Shown here: positions 11,040 through 21,100 of the stretch, in pieces
How the letters are laid out: the number at the start of each line of letters is the position of its first letter
Position numbering within the stretch: the first letter of the stretch is position 1
From: Camelus dromedarius
Taxonomy: Eukaryota
Length of the DNA: 64,000 nucleotides
Assembly (NCBI RefSeq): GCF_036321535.1
Contig: NC_087455.1
Coordinates: 1,364,001 to 1,428,000, forward strand
Direction of reading: 5' to 3'
The notes under the pieces: generated by a model
What the model was told of the DNA's origin: nothing
The model's input: the letters and a program-made list of their open reading frames with translations, nothing else
Databases searched by the model: none
Position numbers and translations under genes: made by a program

Positions 11040-11450
11040 CCCGCGGATGAGGAGGCAGCCCAGTCTGGGCGGCGGGCGACGAGGGAGGAGCAGCGCGTGA
11101 GGAGCTGGCAGCCTAGGCCGGGCGCTCCCGGCCCGCCCTCCCCCAGGGAGAAGGGCGGCGCGCACACGTCTGCGCCCAGCAGGTGAGGAAATGAGCGCGT
11201 ACTTCGAGCTTGCCATGAGGGTGAAGCCCCCAGGCAAGCCAAGTCAGATCCTGTCCTCCACTGTGGGACGCTGGACAGAAAAGAGAGACGGCTAGATCAG
11301 CGCCTCCTGGGCTCGGGCGGCTGCCCCCCGGGAAGCGCCTTACCTCTCGGGTCTTCGGGAGGCGCGCTCAGGGCTTCAGAAGGAAGCTCGCGGCCGGCCC
11401 CGGCAAGCTCCCACTCCCCCACCCTCGGCGCCTCAGGCCAGCTCTCCGGT
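11040..11450. promoter_or_regulatory. Small CpG island
   Basis: Local CpG enrichment (gggcggcgggcgacg, cggccggcccgg) with GC boxes and consensus-like splice donors on both strands. Confidence 0.45.
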
Positions 11451-13548
11451 TCCTTGTGGCAAATGGAGGAAGATGGACTTCAGGCCACCCCCTCAGGGTC
11501 GCTGGGACAAGTGGAACTGCAAGCAAAAGAGCTGTTCTCCCAACAGCAGCACTGGCGGAGCTGGGGGCGTGGGAAGCGGGAGGGAGGGAAGCTCTTGCAA
11601 TCAGGGAGGCAAGTTCCCCGACCGCTCAGCGCTGCCCTGGGCCCGGGCTGGTTCCACGCCAGCCACCGCCTGCCGCTGTGACAGAGGAACTGAATTTATG
11701 ATATTTAACTTGAATTAATTTGAATTTAAATAACCCTGCTCAACCCCGGGTGATGTTAGAACACGGCTGCAGCAGACCTTAAATGTCCATGTCTTGCTCT
11801 TCCTTGTATTTTTAAAATTCAATCAAGAAATTGCATTCCTCGTGTCCTCCTGGTTGAAACAGCTGAGTTAACCGCACAGTGCTCCCTGCCCGGTGTGTGC
11901 ACGGTCTCAGCAGCCTCAGTGTGATCTAGGGGGCACACTTGGCCCAGCGTCCCCTCGGGCAGGTCCCTGCGGACTCAGCAGCCCCTGGCCCATCCAGCCA
12001 TGATCTCCTGGGTCCCAGGCCGCAGGCAGACAGCCGTCTGGCCCACTGTCTGGGTGTCTGCAGCCCCCTGGAGCCCTTGTGACTCATGGGGTAATGATTC
12101 TCCTCACTGATGTGGCTGCTGGCTGTTGGCCAGCTCTGTGCTGGGCGCTGAAGGTGCCGAGTCCGAGTCCCCCAAGAAGCGGATGGAGATGAGGGCTGGG
12201 GAGCAGACGGTTTATGAGGAGGTGAAGGCACATCTCCAGGGAAGGTGCAGAAGGGAGGGCACCCGCGTCCGTGGGAATCTCTGAGCCCATATAGAACCCG
12301 CACCTCAGGCTCGTCCCACCTGGGTGAGGGAGTAGGGGTAGGGATGCCCCAACCCCAGTTGTCAGCGTGGGGCCCAGGGTCTGAGGGGGCACTAGCTCCC
12401 CGCTTTGCTGTGGGGGGTGGGATCCAGGCCCGGGGTGCGGCACCAGTGCCGGGAACCGGGCGCAGGCACAGGCAGCGTGGGCAGGGTACAGGTGTGGGCA
12501 GTGTCTTGTTAGGTCTGTGTAAGTTCCTTCCAAGGTTGGCCACGCAGGGGCCCCGTGAAAAGGACGAGAGGGAAGCAGGCGGCTTGCCCAAGGCCTCACT
12601 GCTGGGAGGCCGCAGCCGAGGTCAGAGCCCAGGCCCCTGACCCTGAGCCCAAGGACTTCCCAGAAAGGTCTTTGCTCCCTGGGTCTGTGGGAAGCGTCTT
12701 CAGAGGCTGTTCCCTGCACTTTTCTCACCCACGGGGCTCCCTTCCTGTGAAGCCATTGGCTGTTCCAACCCAAGCAAGGCCAGTGTGGGCCAGGGCCAGG
12801 GCCAGGCACAGTGCCCAGTGTGTAGGAGGTACATAAATATTTGTGCAGTGAGTAAATAAATGAATGACTTCAGTGCATGGGGCCCTCACTGTCTCCTGTT
12901 CAAGCAGCCCTCCCTTACCTGTCTCTTGTTTGCAGACTGAGCACATCTGCCAGGGTCCTGGTGGCAAAGGTGCCAAGGCCCAGCTGGCCCACTGGCCAGG
13001 CCTCTGCAGCAGAATCAGCAAGGTGGTGCTGCCCTTGGGCAAGCCCAGCTGGCTTCTCCAGGCCTGGGGCACAGTCCTGCAGGAGCCACCTGCCCCCCAG
13101 CGACACAGGCCCTCCAGGTGGCAGGCTCCAAGCTGGGCACTGCTGGCACAGGAGGCACAGGGGACCTGGTGGTGGTGTAAACAGGACAGCGTAGGGGGGA
13201 GGTGAGGTGGGGAGCTAGCCCCCTGAGGCCTGGACCTGGCAGAGAAGCACCGCCTCTGCAAGCAAGCATGGCCTTAGTGGTCCCCTGCTTCCCTGTTCAG
13301 GTTGGGAGTGTGGCCCTGGAGCCACCCTGCTCCAGCCCCTACCGGTGGACCTCACTCTCTGGAGCCCTAGAAGGGTAACAAGAGGGAACAGGTGTGGCCA
13401 AACCTGTCCACGGTGCAGGCAGGCAGGTGAGAGGATGTGCTTAGTCAGGCCCATGCTGCCTGTAGAGGAGTCTTCCAGTGCTTGGCTGGAGCATCCCCAA
13501 GTTTGCAGGAGCCCCGAGGGGTGCATGGTCTTGGCCACAGGAGGGGGC

Positions 13549-14011
13549 TGCTAACCTGAAACAACAGAACAGCCAGTTAGTTTACCAGAAAAATGGGTTT
13601 ATTCAGGAATAGCAAAGGATTGCAATTTGGGATACGCGGAGAATGCAACTATGGTAAATGACAAGCAAGTCTGGTAAAGCAAAGAAGAGGAAACCCTTTT
13701 GTAGAGGAGAAGGGGGAGTTGGGAGGGGCTGTTCTAAACGAACAGTCCATTGGAGGAAACTGGAGTTGGGAATCCCACGCATAGTGGCTTTTCACTGGCT
13801 GAGCTGTGACTGCCTCTCATTGGCTTGGCTGTTGCCGGGCTGGGGGAAAATCTTCCCTCCTACCCTGGTAGCAGTGTCAATTCCTGCCAGAGATGTAGAG
13901 AAGGTCTCTTCCTGCTGGGCTCCGTATTGACTGGAGGGGTATGTGCACGAGGGGTCCCCCTTCCGGCCTCCTGACTCCATCTTAGGAAGTCTTCCTTTAG
14001 TAACTTTCTCA
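13549..14011 (-). mobile_element. ERV-type solo LTR
   Basis: TG...CA termini (tgctaacc...ttctca); reverse-strand AATAAA (tttatt 13598-13603); LTR-typical cctgactccatctt near the other end. Confidence 0.65.
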
Positions 14012-15000
14012 GGGTGCTGGTGGTGCCGCTATGGGCGCAGGTCCACACCCACCCTCTGTGCCCGGCTTCTGGCGGCAGCTCTACCCCCACACACCCACCT
14101 TGCCAGCGGCGGGCGCTGGAGGGAGCTGGAGTCTGGAGGGCAGAGCCGTGTAGGCTCTGCATTAAACAGGATAACGGAGAGGGAAATTCCACAGCCAGCT
14201 CTGCCCAGGGTGCACCGAAATTACCATGGCGTGTTGCTGGAACGGAACCCAAGGGCACCATCTCAGAGGGAGCCGCTCCCACACAGACGTTCCCTGACAT
14301 GCTGTCCCTGTTCACCTTGGCCCTTGCTCTGGCTGGTGAGCTCTTATTCACCCTTCCTGGCCCACCTCCAGTGCCCCTCACTGGGGAGCTAGCAGTGCTT
14401 GCCACCCACTCCATGCCTCAGCCCCAACCTATGGAGGAGGGCAGGCCGGGCTGTCCCAGGTGTGCTCTGCAGGATGCTGGCAGCTGGAACACCCTTGTTT
14501 ATCCGGTTCCTCGCCTTCTCTCTCCTGGATAACACCAGCTGCCCATGCTCAGGGGCACAGGCTTCCTGCATCCTGGCTCCTTGCTGCCCAAACCGGCCGG
14601 AACCGGAGTAGCCACCCCTCTCAGGGACCCAGGGTGAATTATCCCTAACCTCCATCTCCTCTTGGGGAACCCCAGCCTGAGACTTGGACCCTTCAACATG
14701 ATGACAGAAAGCCGGTGTTCTCCCCGCTGCAGGGAAGCGGAAGGCTGTAGTGCTGAGGCAGGTGCCGGGCTCTGAGTGCGAAGGAAGGGAGGGAAGAGGT
14801 GAGACTGGCCAAGGGCAGCGGCCAGAGCAACTCGGGACACCAAGCTTTCTACTCGGGACACTGCAAGTCCCACCAGCCCCATCTCTCCAGCTGCCACTGA
14901 AGCCCTTTTGGAGGCTCTCTGCTCCCGAATGGGCCAGCCTTTCTTTGCTTCTCCAACACTAGCTGTGGGCCCAAAGACCAGAGCAGCTTCCGTTCTTTGT

Positions 15001-15085
15001 GGTCAGGACTAAAACTCAGCATGTGACCAAAGCCCAGGCTCAGGGTGTGACCAGGGTCAGGGCTCAGCCTGTGACCAGGTCCGGA
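15001..15085 (+). repeat. Degenerate 24-bp tandem repeat, 3 copies (consensus ~cagggtcagggctcagcctgtgac)
   Basis: ctcag recurs at 15015, 15039 and 15063; the ORF track shows the 8-aa periodicity VTRVRAQP. Confidence 0.7.
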
Positions 15086-16479
15086 CACAGGAGTCCTCCT
15101 TGGTGTGACAGCCACAGGAACACCCCTTTCCCAGCCCCACCAGACAGTGAGGGGCCTGCGTTCAGTTCTGGGTCCTCACCACCCCTTCCCCAGCCCAGGG
15201 CTGGAGGAAGGGTAAGAAGCAGGGAGGGGAGGGAGGAAGGGGGAGGCGGGAGCAGGACTCAGCCTCCTGTTCAGGTGGAGGCCTTGAGGTTCATAGCTGT
15301 GGTCAAGGTCTTTTCCTGGAGGCTGGGATCAGGGTCCCCTAGGCTGGCAGGGTCCAGGTCAAGTATCCAGTCCAGGGCCTCACTGCTGCCTGGGTTTCCT
15401 CACTTGCCCTGCCCACCTGCGGACAGGGAGCTCCGTGTCTCCCTCTCAGCCATGCTGGCGAGTGGAGGCCAAAGCCAGGCAGAGGAGGCCATGCGTTAAT
15501 TGTGGCCTTGGGTGGGAGTCCGGGCCTTAATTGGAGAACACCCAGCTTGTAAAAGAGTGAGTTTCAGGTGCCTGATTAGGTTAAGGAGGGCGGTGCCATC
15601 ATTGCGCCCAGCTCCTGGGCGGCTGGTGCCCCACAGGACTGCACAGTGCGTCACCACACTCAGTCCTTCCCGTATCACCCTGCTGGGGGAGGAAGTGCTC
15701 ACAGATCCCCAAGAAGATAGACCTCAGCTGAGCAGTTGTGCCCACTGGGTGAAATCCACTTGTCTTTGCCTGTCAGAGTTCCGGGAATTCACCCGCTTGC
15801 CTCTTGTTCTGCACTGGCTCCTCCTCTTCATTCAGGGCTCTCCCTCCTCATCCCTACTTCAAAACGCAGCCCACCTGGTGCCTTCTCCAGGCAGGGGCTG
15901 CTGGGGCTGGTAGATCAGTGCTGTGCACAGGGCCCCCAAGTGTGTCACCAGACTGACCTCTGTTAACGCAGGTCCCCTGTTCTCCTCAACCCCCAGTCTC
16001 TCGTCCCTGCACGCCTGGCACCCACTGCCCAAGCCTGGCACTGAGTGGAAATCAGCAACTCCTGAACAGACGACCATTGGTTGCCTGGGCCAGGGGGTAC
16101 CCAGAGCCCCAGCCTCTCTCTCTCTCCCACAGCCTCTCTACTGCACCCACACAAGACCAAGGCCGGGTCTGGCCTACCCCACTGGCCTCTGAGCTGGGCC
16201 TAGGGCCAGCCCACTGCCTGGAGCTCCACACACAGCACACGTCTCAGGGTCCCAGTATGGGCTCCATCTTGCCCTTCCCGCCACGTCCCCTCGAAGCGAG
16301 ATCAAGGAGATTTCTCAGGTCTGGCTGAGGGCTGAGGTGGAGTTGGGAAAGGCACTCTGGCCTCAGAGTCCAGTTTCTATCTGAGGACAGCTCCAGGCAA
16401 GGCTGGGCTTCATGCCAGGGAAGCTGGTGGCTGCTGGGCAAGGCCGAGTCACAGCCATGACCTGTGGCGGCAGGAGGTC

Positions 16480-16670
16480 GTCGAGCTGGGAGGGATGATG
16501 GAGTGGGAGGGGTAGAATGGAGTGAATAGTGTGGATGAAGCTGAAGGGTGTTGACTGAAGTAGAGTAGATGGAGTGGGTGGCATGGATGGAGGAGAGCAT
16601 ATGGAGTGGGTGGGGTGGGTGGCGGGGATGGAGGAGAGCACAGTGCAGGGCACGGAGTGGACAGCAGGAT
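16480..16670 (+). repeat. Purine-rich low-complexity (GGA/TGG) tract
   Basis: Recurrent atggagtggg and atggaggagagca. Confidence 0.55.
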
Positions 16671-17863
16671 TGTTCAGGCAGCATCCATCCCATCTCAGTT
16701 CACAGAGTTGCACCAATTTGAGAGGAAGTGATCAGAGCTCTGGTTTCTTCCCCACCCTTAGCTCTGAGGGGCTGGGGCAAATGGGAGCCCACATACCATA
16801 TGGCCAAAAATACGAAAATTCTAAAAGAAGCTTTAAAAAAGTTAAAATAAAATATCATTGACAAATATACCATCTAAATAAACTGGACAGTTCGTTGTGA
16901 CTTTAAGTCCCAGGCTCCTTGGCTGCACAGAGAGACCCTGGCCCCAGCCCAGGACCTGCCCCCCACCCGGCACGGCAAGGCCCCAGCGAGTGTGCAGGTG
17001 GCTCCCAGCCTGTGCACCAGCTCCACCTCCGCCCCTCCCAGCAACCACCCAGAGCCACCTGCGCCCCCAGCGCCTGAGTCCATCCTTTGTGGGCGGATGC
17101 AGAGAGACCCCACAGGGGCCCTGGGAAAGAACCCAGCAGATACCTCTAGGGCACAGGCCAGGCCCGGACGGGGAGGGCCCGAGGCATGAGAGTCCGCCCT
17201 GGAGGCCGACGGGGAGGCCAGCTTACTCAGAGAGTGGGCGCGATGGGACTCTCAGCAGACTGTGGCCCAGTCAGAGTTGCACCCAGAGGGTGGCTGTGGT
17301 CCTTGGGAAGGGGACTGTAGCCGCGAGGAGAGAGAGCCGCTGTGGCCCTGGGAGGGGATGAGTGGAGACACCAGGAGATAGGAGCACCCACCCCTCGGCC
17401 TCTGGAATCCCAGGCAGACCCCGATACACGAACTGGAAGCAGCCCACTGAGCCGGCTGTTTCCTGCACCTGCCCCCACCCCCCAGGGCGCCCTTATCACC
17501 CATGGTCCTCTAAGCCTGGCCTGAAGGCCTGATGGACAGCAATTCAGCTCCGACTGGGACAGTGGGGTGCGCCTCTGGCTCCATCCGGCCCCGTCGGTTG
17601 GCCCCACAGCCCAGCAGAACCAGCACCCCAGGAGCTCACTCGGAACGCAGAGTCTCAGGTCTCACCTGGGTCTCCAAGTCAGAAGCAGCATTCTACTGGA
17701 GCCCCAGGTGATGTATGTGCACACCACAGGTTGAGCCACACTGGTCCAAAGCCAGTTTTCAGCCTGTGGTGCCTCAGTTTGGGGCCTCCCTGTCTGCCTG
17801 GCCCAAGGGAGAGGCACAGGGGAGGCGGCCGCTGAGAGCGCTCAGGAGGCCTGTGTCCCCCCA

Positions 17864-18003
17864 GACCCCAGGGCAGAGCCGTGACCCCCGGACCAGACCC
17901 CAGGGCAGAGCCGTGACCCCCGGACCAGACCCCAGGGCAGAGCCGTGACCCCCGGACCAGACCCCAGGGCAGAGCCGTGACCCCCGGACCAGACCCCAGG
18001 GCA
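17864..18003 (+). repeat. 32-bp perfect minisatellite, 4.4 copies (gaccccagggcagagccgtgacccccggacca)
   Basis: Unit starts at 17864, 17896, 17928, 17960 and 17992. Confidence 0.95.
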
Positions 18004-18145
18004 AGGCTGTGCCGCCTTCTGAGAGCCCCTGGGGCCTCTGGGGGTGGGACAAAGGGAAGCCCAGGCAGCATGAGTCAGGCTGGCCGTGCTACCCAAGCTC
18101 ACCCCCAGCTAAATGACCAGGTCTGCCCGCACCGGGGAGCTGGCA

Positions 18146-18151
18146 TATAAA
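18146..18151 (+). promoter_or_regulatory. TATA box of the Ly6g6g-like locus
   Basis: gcaTATAAAgg, 54 nt upstream of the ATT that occupies the start-codon position; the same spacing (49-55 nt) is seen in LY6D, SLURP2 and SLURP1. Confidence 0.75.
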
Positions 18152-18199
18152 GGCACCTGGGACCGGCTGCCCCCAGCTCCAGCTGGCGGGTGCCCCACG

Positions 18200-21100
18200 A
18201 TTAGGCCACTCCTGGTGTTTCTGCTTCTGGCCGCTCTGTGCACTGTCCTGGGTAAGGGACGCTGACCTAGGTGGGAGGGACAAGGACAGACAGGTGCCAG
18301 GCAGGACTGGCTCCAGTCTCAGGGTCTGCGGCAGCAGTCTGGGTGGGGGCTGCAGGGTTAGGGTTAGGGAGTGAGGGGGACCCCTTGTGGCTGCTCCCTG
18401 ACCAGCCAGACGCAGAGAGGTTTGGTGTCCCTTTGGGCATAGTTTCTGGCAGATCTACCTCTTACGGGTGAAAGGCCCTGGGGAGAGGTCCAAGGCTGCC
18501 ACACTCAGGCCGGCAGCGGGACGCGGGTTCCCGCCAGGGTGGTCAGTTGTCCTGTTTCCTGGGACAAAGGGGATTTCTGGGAGGTGGGACTCTCGGTGCT
18601 AAACCAGAAAAAGGAAATGGTCACCCCCATCTCCAGCCCCAGCTCTGCCCCTACCTGATGACCTGGCTTTATGACCTTGAACAAGAGCACCTGCTGCTTT
18701 GGGGTCACCGGGGAGTGGGTGAGGCAACCTGTGATTATCAGCTGGACGATCATCACGCAGGGATAATTAGCCCCATCCGCTCCCTCTGGGCGTGGGGTTG
18801 GCGTGGGGAAGGGTGGCGCCAACTCTCCGGGGAAGCCCTCGGGGTGCGAGGTGGAGGGGAAGGGGGCCTGCAGCTGGGAGGAGGCGCCTTGGGGATCAGT
18901 CTCAGACTGGGGAGGCTGGAAAGACAGATGGAGGGGACGCTCGGGCAAGGGTGTGAGGCCGGCCGCGTGGACTGGGCAGTTGGCAAATTCACTTCTCAAA
19001 AGAGAGCTGGGTGCAGAGGTGAGGCCTGGGACTCCTGCTGCAGACTCCCTGTCCACCGGCCTGGGGTGGGGTGCACCAGCAGGCCCCAGGCATGGAGGGC
19101 CAGAGCCTTTCCCTCCTGGTAATAAACAGCCCTTAGCACCTACTGTGTGCAGAATCCTCAGAGCCTCAGTCCTCCAGCCCAGGCCACAGTCCTGGGCCTG
19201 GAGCCCCCGTGAAGGCAGGAGGGGCAGGAGCCCCATGCTTCGTGCGAGCGTGGGATCATCCACCCTCTTCCGGCAAGGCCGAGCAGTCCACTGCCATTAG
19301 CCTCATCTTGTAGGTGAGGACACTGTGGCCCAGAGAGGGACAGGGACAGTGAAAAGTAGGACCCAGATCGCCTCTGAAGTCGACCCTCCTCTGTCCCCAG
19401 GGGGCCACCTACACCCTCCCTCCCGCTGCCAGACCAGCACCCACACACACAGGGCCCGCGGGGAGCGTCAGTCACAGCTGCCAATCCCGAGCCCCTCAGC
19501 CTGTCCCAGGGGACCAGGAGCACCTGAGTGCGAGGGAGGGAGAGGAGGCGCTCAGCCTAGCCCCTCCCAGGCCCCCAGGCCCCCCAGCCTGATGGCTGCC
19601 CCAGCCCCAGCCCAAGCTGACTGCGGCCCTGTGCCTCCTCTCCCCCAGTCCGGGCCCTGCGCGGCCACGTGTGCTGTGGCCAGTGCTCCCCGACCGACAG
19701 GTTCTGTGTGATCACGCGGGCCACTGAGTACCCGCGCTGGCCCCGCCGCCGGCCCGGTCTGGCCAGCCAGCAGCCCCCTGCCCCACCCAGGTCCAGACCC
19801 TTAAGGACAGCACACCCTCCAGTAGGAACCCGGCAGTGGGGCCCAGCCTGGGCGGTGGGTGGCAGGGACTACCGTTCGTCCTTTTCTGTGCTACTCACAT
19901 GTCCACTGTGAGGGTCAGTTAAGAGAAGCTCCTGCAGCCACCCAGCAAAGCTGTCACAGCGGGGCCGACGTGGGCTTCCCAGTTCAAGTTTGAAGGGGTC
20001 CATGTGAAATATTTGGGAGGGAGGGAGCAGGTGGTACTCAGATTTGGACACAGGCAGAGGGATGCCTGAAGGCCTGGCCTGCGTCACAGCCCCACAAGGC
20101 AGCAGGGCAGCCTAGCTGGCGGTGTGCCTCTCCGGGGCTCCAGCCTCACCTCCCGCTGTGCTGGACCTTTTGCCCACCTTTCCCCGCCACACCTGGAACT
20201 GCCGTCTCCAGGTTCCCCGGGCTGCCAGCCTCCACCACACCCCCAAAACAGGCCCAATCCTTCTTCCAACCTCCCAGGACCCCCTCTTCAGGCCTGAGCC
20301 GCTGCACTGGGGCCCCGGCTCTTGAGTGAGGGCTGATGGTGACAGTGACAGGCAGGGTCAGGGTGTGGGCGGGGCCCCAGGAGGGCAGGGTCAGGGGTGC
20401 AGGGGGTGGTCCTGGAGCAGCCAGTGCAGGGACAAGGGCCCTCTGGCAGGTTCGGGGCTGGGCGATGGCAGGTGCTCGTAGATGATCTTGGCACCACCCA
20501 AAGTGCCTCCCCGAGCTGTGGCTTTCTCATCTGGCTGTGGGGATGGTAGTGGGGGTGGTGAACGCTGGCTGGCTCCCTTGGGCAACACTGGGGAGACGGG
20601 GTGGTCTCTGGGCCTTGGCTTCTGTGGATCCGATGGTGAGGGGGAGTCTGAGACCACGGTCCCTTGGAGGTCCTCACAGCAAACAGCCAGGCCCTGCTGG
20701 ACACTGTGCCCAGTGTATCAGTCCATCTTCTCATTCAGTCCTCCAACAGCCCCAGCCAAATATCCCAATTCTCATGCCAGGAAGCTGGAGCTTGGAGATC
20801 CCAGCAAGGATGTGGCCATGCTGGGCAGTGTCACCAGCACCTGCTACATCTCCTTAGCAGTAACTCAGAAATGGGTTAGATATGGTTCCCAAACCGAACT
20901 CATGTCCACTCACCTGCGTGCAGCAAAGCCAATCTACTGACACCGGCTTGTGGTGAAGGAACGTGCAGCATTTATTTACAGCGCGTCAAGCAGGGAGAAT
21001 GGACAGCTCGTGCTCAAAAGCTCCGAACTCCCCAATGGCTTTCAGGGAGGATGAGGGCCTCAGGGTGGGTGATGAGCTCGTGGATGTTTCTGATTGGTTG

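Noticed and set aside
11690-11735. AT-rich quasi-palindrome ttaacttgaattaatttgaatttaaata
   Set aside because: Resembles the internal AT-rich core of MER3/MER33-type DNA transposon relics; too short to call or treat as novel.
14473-14648. Possible exon 2 for the mini-exon at 14299
   Set aside because: In-frame translation has no LU cysteine pattern.
17864-18003. CRISPR-like array (32-bp repeats)
   Set aside because: Units are head-to-tail with no spacers, in a mammalian context; it is a minisatellite.
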